DNA of 64,000 nucleotides from a virus. Under the pieces are notes generated by a model, which searched no databases, was not told the DNA's origin, and saw only the letters and a list, made by a program, of their open reading frames with translations. Of this stretch, positions 26,078 to 36,620 are shown piece by piece (position 1 is the first letter of the stretch; the number at the start of each line of letters is the position of its first letter). The position numbers and the translations under genes are program-made. The DNA lies in the IMG/VR virus record IMGVR_UViG_3300017731_002846, positions 32,001-96,000 of that record. One strand, written 5' to 3'.

Positions 26078-28486
26078 TTATTCTAATAATTCGAACTCTA
26101 TATCACCTTTTAATACATAGAAATTAAAATTTAACCCTTTTTGAATCTCTGCATTAAAATAATGATCAACTATTACATCTTCAATATACTGCTTAATTAA
26201 TCTTTTTAGGGGCCTCGCTCCCATTTTTTGCTCTGCAGCTAGACCACATACATGTTTAACTACATCTTGGGAGTAATTAATTTTAATCTTTTTCTTGCGG
26301 AGTTTCTTTTGCATGGATTGCAGCTCTTTTTTGAATATTTTATGAAGATCCTTATCTTTCAGGTGGCTAAAGACAACTATGTCGTCCAGCCTATTAATTA
26401 ATTCAGGACTAAGAACTTTCTTGGCAGAAGATATAATCTTTGGGCCATTATCTACGGGCTCAGGAGAAAAACCAAGAGTACTTTTCGTGGTAAGGTCGGC
26501 TCCGATATTGCTGGTCAAGATAATAATTGCGTCACTAAAATAAGACATTACCCCATTATTGTCCTTTAGCGACCCCTCATCCATTACTTGCAGTAATATT
26601 TGCTGAACAGATGGGTCAGCTTTTTCAATTTCATCAAAAAGCACAACAGAGTGAGGGTCTCGCTTTATCTTTTCGGTCAAAAGCCCTCCTTCTTCATAAC
26701 CCACATACCCTGGAGATGAGCCAATTAATTTATTCGCAGAAATCTTATCAGAGTATTCAGACATGTCAAACCTGATAATCTTCTTTTCGGAACCAAAATA
26801 ATGTTTGGCAAGCATTTTAGCCGTCCATGTCTTTCCGACGCCAGAAGCTCCCAGAAATAGAAATGAACCAATAGGCTTGTCAGCATCTTTAAGACCTATT
26901 TGCGACCTTAATATTGATTTACTGATAGCAGATGTAGCATCCGTTTGATTAACGACGTCTCGAGTTAAAAGTTTTAAAAGGCGGGATGCCCTGTCGCTCT
27001 CTTCATCAATTAAGTTATCAATAGGAATCTTAGATTTTCGAGAAATAATAGTCAATATATCATCTTTAGAAACATTCCTAATAGGAGCCTTTTTCCAATC
27101 ATTAGATAATTTTTCGTAACGTTTTAAAAGCATTTCCTCTTCGTTGGCAGAGCAAGTATTTAAACTAAAACAATCATACAGCTTATTCTCCAGATCTTTT
27201 ATCTCATCAGGAGCAGTAGAGTTTGCAATCTTAACCATCGCGCCGCATTCGTCAAGGACATCTATAGCTTTATCCGGAAACTTTTGAGCTGGCAAGTACA
27301 GGTCGCAAAGATTAACGATGTTTTTTAAGATTTTTTGATTGTATTTTGTTCCATGAAAATCCTCATAGTGACCTTTTATACCTTTCAGTATATCAAAACA
27401 TTCCAATGGTGTCGGCTCGCTAACAGCTATAGACTCAAACCTACGAACCAAGGCCGAATCTTTTTCAAAATTTTTCTTATACTCAGAAAAGGTAGTGGCT
27501 GCGATTAATTTAATTTTACCACGAGCCAATGCTGGCTTTAAGATGTTAGCAGCATCCATAGCTCCTTCAGCACTGCCAGCTCCAACCAAGGTGTGAGCTT
27601 CGTCTATAAATAAAATAACATTAGGCTTTTCTTTACACTCCTTTATTAAGGATTTAACTCTTTGCTCAAACTGACCACGGTATTTAGTTCCAGCTATCAT
27701 TGATGCTAAATCAATGGAATAAATTTCCTTATTAATTAAAAAATCAGGAACATCAGCTTTTGTTATTTTATAAGCAAGCCCTTCAACGATGGCAGTCTTA
27801 CCAACACCAGGATCTCCTAGTAATATAGGGTTGTTTTTATTTTTTCTGGCTAAAACCTCACAAATTCTTGAAATTTCAAAATGTTTACCAATGATCGGGT
27901 TGATTTTTTTATCACGACATTCAGTATTTAAATTAGTAGCAAATGAATCCAGGATACTTTCAGTAGTTTTGGTGGACGCAGGGCCTTGGGATTTAGAACC
28001 AAAAGGAAAGTCTGGGGACTCATTTTTATCATAAAGGTCGCCAGACTTCATCCTAACCAAGTATTCTTCAGCAGCTTTACGGGCATCTACCCCTTCGGAA
28101 GTAAAGAAATGATATATAGGGCCATTTTTAGAATTTAGAAAACAAAAGAATATGTGATCGATACTAACATAATCGTTACCTATTTGGGATGCTAATTGAT
28201 GCACCGCAGCAAGGAACTGTACGAGATCATCAGAATAAGAGCAATCCTCAAACTCATCAGGGTCCTGTTTTTCGAGAGAGAAAAAAGAATTAATAAACAA
28301 AACTAACGAATCAAGATCGATACCTAAGTCGGCCAAGAAATTATCTATATTAAAATCATTAGACTTTAACAAAATAAGTAAAACATGGCAAGGCTCTACC
28401 TCCTGATAGTTTAGCGCTTTAGCTAAAGTTTTAGCCTGTCGGATTATTTTTTGAGCTTGAGGTGTGAAATTAGGAGAGATTTCCAT
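26078..28486 (-). CDS. clpC: ClpC/ClpA-family AAA+ chaperone
   Basis: Clp N repeats, GDPGVGKT, IDEAH, GASGVGKT, FDMSEY, FDEIEKA, LGF loop, GARPLKR. Confidence 0.93.
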   Translation of the reverse strand: MEISPNFTPQAQKIIRQAKTLAKALNYQEVEPCHVLLILLKSNDFNIDNFLADLGIDLDSLVLFINSFFSLEKQDPDEFEDCSYSDDLVQFLAAVHQLASQIGNDYVSIDHIFFCFLNSKNGPIYHFFTSEGVDARKAAEEYLVRMKSGDLYDKNESPDFPFGSKSQGPASTKTTESILDSFATNLNTECRDKKINPIIGKHFEISRICEVLARKNKNNPILLGDPGVGKTAIVEGLAYKITKADVPDFLINKEIYSIDLASMIAGTKYRGQFEQRVKSLIKECKEKPNVILFIDEAHTLVGAGSAEGAMDAANILKPALARGKIKLIAATTFSEYKKNFEKDSALVRRFESIAVSEPTPLECFDILKGIKGHYEDFHGTKYNQKILKNIVNLCDLYLPAQKFPDKAIDVLDECGAMVKIANSTAPDEIKDLENKLYDCFSLNTCSANEEEMLLKRYEKLSNDWKKAPIRNVSKDDILTIISRKSKIPIDNLIDEESDRASRLLKLLTRDVVNQTDATSAISKSILRSQIGLKDADKPIGSFLFLGASGVGKTWTAKMLAKHYFGSEKKIIRFDMSEYSDKISANKLIGSSPGYVGYEEGGLLTEKIKRDPHSVVLFDEIEKADPSVQQILLQVMDEGSLKDNNGVMSYFSDAIIILTSNIGADLTTKSTLGFSPEPVDNGPKIISSAKKVLSPELINRLDDIVVFSHLKDKDLHKIFKKELQSMQKKLRKKKIKINYSQDVVKHVCGLAAEQKMGARPLKRLIKQYIEDVIVDHYFNAEIQKGLNFNFYVLKGDIEFELLE

Positions 28487-28508
28487 ATGTATATTATATA
28501 TATTACAC

Positions 28509-31088
28509 TTAAGATTTTATATCTTTTAACTTCATGTAAATCATTTCGTCAATTATTTTCATGTTATTAACAAATATTGCATCTCCATCTCTAGTTTTTT
28601 CTCCGTTTATAGTTATAATACTTCCCTCTTTGGGGACAGGGTTCTTTTTTAAAAAGTTTGTGCACTTTCTTTCTCTAGCGGTATCGCAAAGAATTGCATC
28701 TACCGTACCAAACTCATCTTCCAACTCTAGCTTGATGTAGGTGTTGCCATTCCGGGACTTATCTTTCTTTGAAAATGCGACGCTAAATATATATTTAGCA
28801 GTAGAGCGAGGTTCCAGTGAATTAAAGTATATAGAGTTTTGAGGCGGATGATCTACATTGTGGAAAACTTTACACAACTCAGATGAATAACTAAAGCCTA
28901 ATAGCTGTTTTTCAAAATACCAATTAGCAAATTTTTGACTCTTACTATTTTTATAATATATCTTTTTATATGGATCGTATTTTTTCTTTAAAGTTTGGTA
29001 GCGAGATTCCTTTATCAAAGGCTTATTGTCATCCCCGACCGCTTTAAATTCAGAATCTGTTACATTTTTAAAAATAGTAAATAGGTCTTTACCTTCTTTT
29101 TCCGAGATAGATATGAAGTTTCTTTTTTCCCTATCAGTTAGGATATTAAATAATTGAGCCTCAAGTACAAGCTTGGATCGATCTTCGCTTGGATCGTCAC
29201 TGAGAGCCCCCGCCTGAATCAAAGCACTTAAGACCCCGATGTTTAATCCAGCCTGCTTTGCAGCTAAAAACAATTCAAACTTTGTGCTACTCTGCTCGTC
29301 TCTGAATTTACGAAGAGAATCAAGAGATTTCTCACTGATACCTTTAATACTGCTAAGGCCATAACGAATATTGTTGCCCTCAATTGAAAAATTCATTTTG
29401 GATTTCAATAAGCTCGGAGGTAATAATTTAATACCAAAAAATGGCAGCTCTTGACTAATCCTTGCAACTTCTGCCTGAGGTGTTGGCTCGAACTGGGTCA
29501 TCTTGAGTAGGGACAAAAAGAACTGCTTAGGGTGATTGAACTTTAGATATGTGGTCCATGCAGCCAAGGTGCTATAAGCGATAGAGTGAGATTTATTAAA
29601 AGAATAGTTAGCACTATCCTCGGCGACACTCCAAAGTACATCAGCAGCTTCAATCGGGAGTTGGTTTTCTATGATTTGTTTCTCAATTTTAGCTTTCCAT
29701 TTAGGCATTTGGTCTATCTTTTTCTTGCCAACAATTCTACGAAGTTGCTCGGCCTCATCCAGGGTGAACCCTACTTGAACCGCCATCTTCATAAGTTGCT
29801 CCTGATACAGCGGAATCCCGCCAGTATAAGATAGTACTTCGTCGTACAATTCATGCTGACTTTGAAAATCACCAGTGCGGACATAGTCTGCATATTGATC
29901 GGTAAAATCAAGTGCCCCGGGCCTTGCAATAGCAACAACCGCGCTTAATTGTTCTAAGTTTTTGGGTTTAATCTTTTTGCAAACACTAAAATTAGTATGA
30001 GCCTCAATCTGAAACAATCCGTGGGCATGCTCAAGCTCCTGAAGGGGTAGGTATGTTTTCTCGTCATCTAAGGGTATGGACATCGGGTCAATCTTAATAG
30101 CTTGACAGGCATCATGAATGACGCTTAGAGTCCTTAGACCTAAGATATCAAACTTAACCATGAGCTCAGCCACCCAGTTCATGTCGTATGCAGTTACTAA
30201 TGCCCCTTCATTTGTAGCCTGCAGGGGACAGATACTAGATATCTCATGGTGAGAAATTGCAATCCCAGAAGGATGCACCCCGCTGTTTTTATTTAGGCCT
30301 TCTATCTTTTGGGCAATACGAAAAACTTCTTGGTTTGTATCTACCCACTCTTTGAATTTTTCGCTATCATCTGCCGCATCACAAAGACCAACAACCTTCC
30401 CGAAGTTTTTCGGGATTAAAGCTGTCACCGCATTAATATCTGATTCATTATAACCCCCGACGATTTTACCGCACTCACGAATACAAAGCTTACTACTCAA
30501 TGTATTAAGGGTTAAGATCTTAGCGGTTCTTCCGGGGTACTTGTTCTCGATATACTCAATAACTTTATGGCGATGTTCGTAAGAAATATCGTTATCGACG
30601 TCTGCTAAAAGGCTCCCATCTAAATATGTAATACCATCTTTTTCGGTTTTCTTAGCCCTGCTCTTACTCACGAACCTTTCAAAGAACAAATCATACTTAA
30701 TTGGGTCAATTTTTGTGACATCAATTAAATAAAGAACCAAAGACCCAGCGGCACTACCGCGCCCCGGACCCGTGGGTATATCGTTTTCGTGACAAAAATT
30801 TAGGATATCCCAATTCAGCAATATATAATCAATGAACCCAAGCTCTTTTAATATAGTTAACTCTTCTTTTACTCTGTCGTAATATTCCTGCTTATTTTTT
30901 TGCTTATCAATTTTTTTATCCTTTACCCCACGAAGGCAAAGTTCACGCAGGAAATCATAGTTTGAAGTATCTGGAGATTTATTTAAGTCAGAATATTGTT
31001 CCGAGCTAATTTCAATCTCTGGAAGCTGCACCCCCGGGGGGACACAGTCTTCATAGGCAGTAAATTGTTCGATGAAACTTGTTGTCAT
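28509..31088 (-). CDS. dnaE: DNA polymerase III alpha catalytic core lacking the N-terminal PHP domain
   Basis: GPGRGSAAGSLV, LFFERF, DVDND, HPSG, KFDILGL, YSFNKSH, HhH and OB fold. Confidence 0.95.
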   Translation of the reverse strand: MTTSFIEQFTAYEDCVPPGVQLPEIEISSEQYSDLNKSPDTSNYDFLRELCLRGVKDKKIDKQKNKQEYYDRVKEELTILKELGFIDYILLNWDILNFCHENDIPTGPGRGSAAGSLVLYLIDVTKIDPIKYDLFFERFVSKSRAKKTEKDGITYLDGSLLADVDNDISYEHRHKVIEYIENKYPGRTAKILTLNTLSSKLCIRECGKIVGGYNESDINAVTALIPKNFGKVVGLCDAADDSEKFKEWVDTNQEVFRIAQKIEGLNKNSGVHPSGIAISHHEISSICPLQATNEGALVTAYDMNWVAELMVKFDILGLRTLSVIHDACQAIKIDPMSIPLDDEKTYLPLQELEHAHGLFQIEAHTNFSVCKKIKPKNLEQLSAVVAIARPGALDFTDQYADYVRTGDFQSQHELYDEVLSYTGGIPLYQEQLMKMAVQVGFTLDEAEQLRRIVGKKKIDQMPKWKAKIEKQIIENQLPIEAADVLWSVAEDSANYSFNKSHSIAYSTLAAWTTYLKFNHPKQFFLSLLKMTQFEPTPQAEVARISQELPFFGIKLLPPSLLKSKMNFSIEGNNIRYGLSSIKGISEKSLDSLRKFRDEQSSTKFELFLAAKQAGLNIGVLSALIQAGALSDDPSEDRSKLVLEAQLFNILTDREKRNFISISEKEGKDLFTIFKNVTDSEFKAVGDDNKPLIKESRYQTLKKKYDPYKKIYYKNSKSQKFANWYFEKQLLGFSYSSELCKVFHNVDHPPQNSIYFNSLEPRSTAKYIFSVAFSKKDKSRNGNTYIKLELEDEFGTVDAILCDTARERKCTNFLKKNPVPKEGSIITINGEKTRDGDAIFVNNMKIIDEMIYMKLKDIKS

Positions 31089-31312
31089 AAATTTTTAATG
31101 GAATCATTTTTGCACTGTTCCAGTGCATTTTTGCTCGATTCAATTGAGTTAATTTGATCAACTATAGAATTAAACTCAGATCTATTCTTAAACCAATAAT
31201 CATTAGGTTTGGATGTAATTGTATTATACAAGCAGTGAGCCTCATCTATCAGGATTGATAACTCATTAGTATATAAATCAAGGTGCATATTAATTTTATC
31301 TTTTAATTTCAT
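31085..31312 (-). CDS. Hypothetical helical protein
   Basis: ATGA overlaps on both sides; likely start MKLKDK at 31312. Confidence 0.55.
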   Translation of the reverse strand: MKLKDKINMHLDLYTNELSILIDEAHCLYNTITSKPNDYWFKNRSEFNSIVDQINSIESSKNALEQCKNDSIKNL

Positions 31313-31950
31313 ATTTTTATTGTCCACATCATTTTTTTAAATACTTCATAGTTTTTTTGAATGTCATATAATGCATCATGCAGCTTTTCAGGGTCAAATT
31401 CAACATCATATGTTTTGCAGCATGCCCCCAAGTTTAATCTCATACCCCTTTCATATACCGAGTTCAACTTAAACTGCCAAGAAAGGAAATCAATTTCTTT
31501 GTCATATTCTATATCTTTATGAATCGCTTTAGCTATAGAGAGTGTGTCGATAGATTGTTTTAAATAAGAATAGTCAGTAGGGCGACCTAAAAGTTTTCGG
31601 AATATATTATGTATATAAATATCAAAACCAAGAATATTATGCCCTAAATTAATATAATCTTCATTATATAGGAATTTCTCAAAATGATCAAGAACTTTTT
31701 CCGCTGGTTGCGATAATTTTTTATACTTAGCATCATTGAACCCGGTAACCTTTCGAGCCCCGTCAGACATTCTAAGGTCATCCCAATGAATATGATAATC
31801 ATTAGACTCCACCAACTTGTCACCATGGTAAATCAAAAATGCAAGCTGCCAGGGCTTGTTATGCTCTGAGACTAAATTCAAATTGCAAGTTTCAAAGTCA
31901 AAAACAATATACTTTTGATTTTTTTTAAATCTTAATAAGTCTTCTATCAT
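31309..31950 (-). CDS. DEDDh 3'-5' exonuclease (DnaQ/epsilon-like)
   Basis: VFDFET, GHNILGFD, DTL, LHDALYD. Confidence 0.92.
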   Translation of the reverse strand: MIEDLLRFKKNQKYIVFDFETCNLNLVSEHNKPWQLAFLIYHGDKLVESNDYHIHWDDLRMSDGARKVTGFNDAKYKKLSQPAEKVLDHFEKFLYNEDYINLGHNILGFDIYIHNIFRKLLGRPTDYSYLKQSIDTLSIAKAIHKDIEYDKEIDFLSWQFKLNSVYERGMRLNLGACCKTYDVEFDPEKLHDALYDIQKNYEVFKKMMWTIKI

Positions 31951-31953
31951 AAT

Positions 31954-32736
31954 TTATGAACTTTTATTTTTTTCCAAGTAACTTTCCCAACAAAATTGAT
32001 CACTGCCTAGGTGGTCGAAGTTAGGCTTTTCAATCGAAAGATCTCTACCCGCAAAAGAATTCCTGCCACATATTAGTTTGTAAGTTAAGTAAGCGGAGAA
32101 GTCTTTTTTGTTCTTGTAAAATATTGACTGAGCCTCTTGCATTGCGAAGCCATTAGACTCACAATACTTTACCACTGCATCTTTAGTTATAAAGTCAAAT
32201 GGGAGACCGTTGTCTTCTATAAAAAAAGTAGGCTTTGTGAAAGTAAAATGAGCAAAGCAAGACTGGAATGTTGTTAAGTTTTTAAATATAAACGAATCGT
32301 AAAAAGGAATAGCTAAGGATAGCTGATCTTCTTTCCAAAACTTCTTTAATAAATTAAAGTCTGCCCAACCAAAATACTTTGTTTTACACTCGGTGTAAAT
32401 TTCGTTTAAGAGCTTGCAGCCGCCTGAGTTTTTTGGGAAAATAATAACCTTATGCTTGCATTTAATTAGTTTTGAATCTTCTGCATTAGCGATATCATCA
32501 CAAACGTCAAGCCTTAAACCAAAAATTAATTGCTTGCCAAGGTCATCGCAAACTTTGCGAGCCTGCAGGAAACCCATAAAACTGTCCTCTATAAGAATGA
32601 CTTTATCAAGACAACCTTCTTCTGCTATATCAAAAACAGAATCTGGACTGTTAGCGTTCTCGTCTATCTTAGGGGAATCTAACGTAAGTATAGATTTTCC
32701 TATGGAAAAATGGCTTTTAAATAATGGAAGCGTCAC
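31954..32736 (-). CDS. Stand-alone PHP domain of DNA polymerase III alpha (degenerate)
   Basis: FKSHFSIGKS, ED..MGF, IFGLRL, KN..G...L: homologous to the DnaE N-terminus. Likely GTG start at 32736. Confidence 0.8.
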   Translation of the reverse strand: MTLPLFKSHFSIGKSILTLDSPKIDENANSPDSVFDIAEEGCLDKVILIEDSFMGFLQARKVCDDLGKQLIFGLRLDVCDDIANAEDSKLIKCKHKVIIFPKNSGGCKLLNEIYTECKTKYFGWADFNLLKKFWKEDQLSLAIPFYDSFIFKNLTTFQSCFAHFTFTKPTFFIEDNGLPFDFITKDAVVKYCESNGFAMQEAQSIFYKNKKDFSAYLTYKLICGRNSFAGRDLSIEKPNFDHLGSDQFCWESYLEKNKSS

Positions 32737-32742
32737 ACATAC

Positions 32743-32771
32743 AAAGTAACGCAATCTTAACAAAAAGTCAA
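32743..32771 (-). promoter_or_regulatory. Sigma70-type promoter, likely leaderless transcript
   Basis: TTGACT-17 nt-TACTTT, 6 nt before GTG 32736. Confidence 0.65.
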
Positions 32772-32772
32772 G

Positions 32773-33936
32773 CTATTTCTTAACCCGTTCGATGAAGTGG
32801 TCAGCCAGGCCTCCTTCGTTCAAATACTCCTCAAGCTCAATTAATAATTTATTCCTAATTTCTTTGACATCAGGAGGCAGCTCTTCTTTTTTGCTCTGAC
32901 TATATGTCATCGTCGAGGCAATTAATAAAAGTATCGCTAGCGGATCAAATACAAAAATTAAGGTAATAATAACAATACGAATAGCTTGACTAGTCTCTAT
33001 ATCAGCCCCCGCCCACTCATTGAGTAAATTCGCTATATACAATATAGGGCCGACCTCAACCTCTAGAGCTCTAAGCTTGGATCCATATTGGAATTTCTCT
33101 GCCTCCAATTTAGAAATGCGGTCATATGCCTGCTCAACCTCTTTTTGCACTCCAGAATCGCTAGTAATACCACTAGGTTGACCTGCTCTGAGGCTAAGAC
33201 TAGAGTCAATCTTGTCCCTAGATTCGGCTACCTTTTCATCAAAATAGCTGGAAATCTCTTGGATTTTATTTTCGGCGGCAGATTTATTATTATTAATTAA
33301 TTCTCTTTCTTTCTCTTGAACTAATAACATCTTGTCGTATTTACTGCTTGAGCCAAGGAAGCCGCTGGATTTTGCTGAAGAAAGTTTTTTATCCAATTCA
33401 GATAATCTATCGTTTAATTTATTAATTATAGATTCTTGTATTTGAATCGATTCAGTCTTCTCTACCTTTAAAGATTCCACCCTCTTTTGCAATGTCTGTA
33501 CTATACTGTCAGAGTTATCTTTTTGGAAGTTTTGGTTAGTGTTTAATAAATTTAGCCGCTCTTTCTTTCGAGAGATAAGCTCTTGCTCTCGAGCAATCTT
33601 TTGGTCAATTTGAGATATGGTTGCCTGCTCCTTTTCCATGGAAGCATGATGCTCAACATGAGAGCGAGACAAAAACCCGAAGATACCCATGCTTGTAATT
33701 AAACTAAGTACAACAACCGAGAATAAGAGGTACCTCTTTAAGAACTTGAATGAATCATTCCAGTTATGATGCAACCAGACTGAGGCAATTAACTTTCCAA
33801 CCTCAAGTACCCCTCCCATTATAATAATAGCTTCTTTAGAGCCAGGGAACATAGTAGCTAGACCAATAACGCTAAAGTATGCTGCGGTTAATGAAATCGA
33901 TACAGCCGATAAGAAAATGAGTGTTGCGAAAAACAT
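32773..33936 (-). CDS. Phage membrane protein with coiled coil
   Basis: AAYFSVIGL, LEVGKL, TSMGIFGFLS, EVGPI, IFVFDPLA. Confidence 0.8.
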   Translation of the reverse strand: MFFATLIFLSAVSISLTAAYFSVIGLATMFPGSKEAIIIMGGVLEVGKLIASVWLHHNWNDSFKFLKRYLLFSVVVLSLITSMGIFGFLSRSHVEHHASMEKEQATISQIDQKIAREQELISRKKERLNLLNTNQNFQKDNSDSIVQTLQKRVESLKVEKTESIQIQESIINKLNDRLSELDKKLSSAKSSGFLGSSSKYDKMLLVQEKERELINNNKSAAENKIQEISSYFDEKVAESRDKIDSSLSLRAGQPSGITSDSGVQKEVEQAYDRISKLEAEKFQYGSKLRALEVEVGPILYIANLLNEWAGADIETSQAIRIVIITLIFVFDPLAILLLIASTMTYSQSKKEELPPDVKEIRNKLLIELEEYLNEGGLADHFIERVKK

Positions 33937-34203
33937 TTAAATTTCCCCAAGCCTGTCTTGATTATTGCAGTCAATAATTTTTTTATTTAATAATTCAAAA
34001 TGAACTAAAGTAAAATATTTACCGCTTTTTTTGTTTGAAGAGTATTCATATCCATAATTAGACAAGAATCTACTAAGCTCTGCTATATATTCATATTTAA
34101 TATGAACAATTATTTTAAATGGAGCCCCGCACTCTGAAACATCTTGAGAAAACAAGGAATCTTCAGCATATTCGTGGCAAATTGCCTCTATTGAATGTGT
34201 CAT
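33937..34203 (-). CDS. Hypothetical protein
   Basis: Likely start ATG 34203, downstream of a GTGTA motif. Confidence 0.55.
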   Translation of the reverse strand: MTHSIEAICHEYAEDSLFSQDVSECGAPFKIIVHIKYEYIAELSRFLSNYGYEYSSNKKSGKYFTLVHFELLNKKIIDCNNQDRLGEI

Positions 34204-34242
34204 TAAAATAATGTACACGCACAATTGCAATAATATACAAGA

Positions 34243-35550
34243 TTAGAAGTCTAGCACATCAAGCAAGGGCTCTCCATCATGAGCTATCTTGAAAGGCCGA
34301 CCAGAAGGAGAATATTGGATATCATTAAGAGGAAGACCCATTGCATAACCAATTGTAGCATTTAACCCAGCTGGATCCACAAACCTACCTTCGACTGGGT
34401 TCCTGCCTATTTTATCCATCTTACCATAAACAGTTCCGCCTTTTACTCCTCCACCAGCAAGGAAAGCTGAGAACCCGTAAGGCCAGTGGTCTCTGCCATT
34501 TCCATTATTAATTCTTGGAGTACGACCAAATTCCGAAACAAGGACAACCATTGTGTCTTGTAATAACCCTCGAAGCTCTAGGTCAATAAGTAAGGCACTG
34601 AGGCCTTTGTCTAGGTCGGCACAGTTATTAGCAACCGACTCGAAGTTGTTTGAGTGAGTATCCCAACCGCCACGATTCACTTCAATATAGCGAACCTTGT
34701 TTTCAACCAAACGCCTTGCAAGCAAACAGCCCTGTCCGAATGCGGAACGCCCATAAAGGTCTTTCATCGCGTCGGGTTCAGAAGCCACATCAAATGCTTT
34801 TAAGTCTTCACTACGCATCAGTTTGATCGCATCATTGTAAAGGTCCGTATAAGCACGAACCTGTTTTTGATCATAGTTGTCTAAAAAGCTGGCATTCATC
34901 TTTTGTGCCATGGCTAGTCTGCCGTCGAACCTAGATTGGTCGAGGTAATCCGCAGCTTTACTGTTTGCTAATCCTGCCGCTGGGTTGCCAATGGGGAGAG
35001 GACCAAACTTAGATTCCAGAAATCCTGAACTACCTGAGCGTCCGTTAATAGCAATGTTCATCGGGATTGTCGAGTTAATCGGGCCAGACATTTTTGCGAT
35101 CCAACTACCAAAGGTAGGGTGAGTAATCGTTCCCCGCATTTGATAACTTGTGTGCATCAGGTAATTGCCCTGCATGTGCGCACCTTGACTCGTCATCATT
35201 GTACGAATGATAGCTCCATTATGCATATGCTTAGCTGTCTCCGGCAAGTATTCAGACAAAAACACCCCGTCTACGCTAGTCGGAATGGGGTTAACAGGCC
35301 CTTGGTAGGTATCTTTATCTGCATCAGTGTTGGGGGCAAATGTATCCATGTGAGACATCCCTGCAGACATGTATAAATAGATCAGATGTCTCGCCTTGGC
35401 TGGACGGGTGCCAGGTTGAAGAGCTTGGGCAGGGGTATGGACATAAGAACCAGCCATAGGCAGTAGCCCAACACCTAAACAAGCTTTGGCTGCACTAGCA
35501 ACAAATTCCCTACGACTTAATTCGCTTAAATTCTTTATATCAGATTTCAT
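34243..35550 (-). CDS. DUF1501 domain protein with Tat signal
   Basis: SRREF twin-arginine signal, AGMSHMDTF, GQGCLLARRLVE, GWDTH, SEFGRTP, GRDHW, AGGGVKGG. Confidence 0.92.
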   Translation of the reverse strand: MKSDIKNLSELSRREFVASAAKACLGVGLLPMAGSYVHTPAQALQPGTRPAKARHLIYLYMSAGMSHMDTFAPNTDADKDTYQGPVNPIPTSVDGVFLSEYLPETAKHMHNGAIIRTMMTSQGAHMQGNYLMHTSYQMRGTITHPTFGSWIAKMSGPINSTIPMNIAINGRSGSSGFLESKFGPLPIGNPAAGLANSKAADYLDQSRFDGRLAMAQKMNASFLDNYDQKQVRAYTDLYNDAIKLMRSEDLKAFDVASEPDAMKDLYGRSAFGQGCLLARRLVENKVRYIEVNRGGWDTHSNNFESVANNCADLDKGLSALLIDLELRGLLQDTMVVLVSEFGRTPRINNGNGRDHWPYGFSAFLAGGGVKGGTVYGKMDKIGRNPVEGRFVDPAGLNATIGYAMGLPLNDIQYSPSGRPFKIAHDGEPLLDVLDF

Positions 35551-35555
35551 TCGCC

Positions 35556-36620
35556 TTATAGTAAGTCATCTATATCTATTTTAGGCTTATTCCAATACGG
35601 ACAACCTTTGTATTCCATTAATTCTAATATTTCGCCTTCTTCTTTATTTAAGATGATAGTATCTTTATCTTCTTCAAAGTAAGATTTAATAATCTTGCCG
35701 TCAGAATTTTTAACAACATAGTAATTCATTGGCTTCCTGTAGGAGCAAATATAAGCAACAACTGGATTTCCTTCTTTGTCAAGCAATGGGCTGCCTTTAG
35801 ATATTTTATATCCATCTTTGCCGCACATAAGTGGACCACCAAATGTTCCATCAGAGGGATAACCTTGAGCCCCTGCAAAATTAGACACCGCATCGTCTTC
35901 ATCAAAATTGTCAAGAAATGTCTGTATGCCCGTCAGGAAGAGCTCGACACCTTCCAACTCTTCTTCACTAATTTCCGACATTTTAACACAGCCTGATGCA
36001 TGCAAATCAAATTTAAGAAATAAGAATTCAACTTGACGTTTTTTAAAGTGAGGAAAAAGTTTACGGACGGCTAGGGTATAAAGAAGATCTTGTAAATTAT
36101 CTGTAACCTCTTTGCCTTTAAAGACAGACTTACTACTCTTGAAGTCTCTAATTACAGCTAAACTTGAGTCCTCATAAAGGAACAACTTATCAATAAACCC
36201 TCGCATCCTATAAAGTTTTTTACCTTCATCTACAGTAATATTAAACTCCTGCTCAGATATAGCTTGATCTGGTTCGCCTCTTGCTCCACCAAAAAAATCA
36301 AAATGAAGTCCGGCCAAAGTCATGTCATTAATCATCTCTAAGTTTTCCGGGTCATTAACTTTTAGCTTTTTAGCATGGTACAAGACCAATCTCTTTACTG
36401 GTTCACATGCAAAAATAGAGTCTTTTAGTATGATTTCATCATAAATTTTCCGATGCTTGTCGGCCCCGAGCAATTCAAAGATTAAGTGACAAATCCACCC
36501 CCTGCTTGCTCCATCATTACTACGATCAGGGACTTTTAAGATATATGTGGCCCAGTAGCTCCAAGAGCAACTTTGGGCCTTCTTTATACGACTTGCGGAA
36601 AGGGGTGTTAGATTACTCAT
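35556..36620 (-). CDS. PD-(D/E)XK exonuclease (RecB/Cas4-like)
   Basis: LSASRI...C, G..CH, SEQEF, RGFIDKL, IRDFKSS, Q.L.Y; several Cys residues. Confidence 0.88.
   Translation of the reverse strand: MSNLTPLSASRIKKAQSCSWSYWATYILKVPDRSNDGASRGWICHLIFELLGADKHRKIYDEIILKDSIFACEPVKRLVLYHAKKLKVNDPENLEMINDMTLAGLHFDFFGGARGEPDQAISEQEFNITVDEGKKLYRMRGFIDKLFLYEDSSLAVIRDFKSSKSVFKGKEVTDNLQDLLYTLAVRKLFPHFKKRQVEFLFLKFDLHASGCVKMSEISEEELEGVELFLTGIQTFLDNFDEDDAVSNFAGAQGYPSDGTFGGPLMCGKDGYKISKGSPLLDKEGNPVVAYICSYRKPMNYYVVKNSDGKIIKSYFEEDKDTIILNKEEGEILELMEYKGCPYWNKPKIDIDDLL

Noticed and set aside
33940-33975. TTGACT upstream of the membrane protein gene at 33936
   Set aside because: No -10 element at 16-18 nt spacing.
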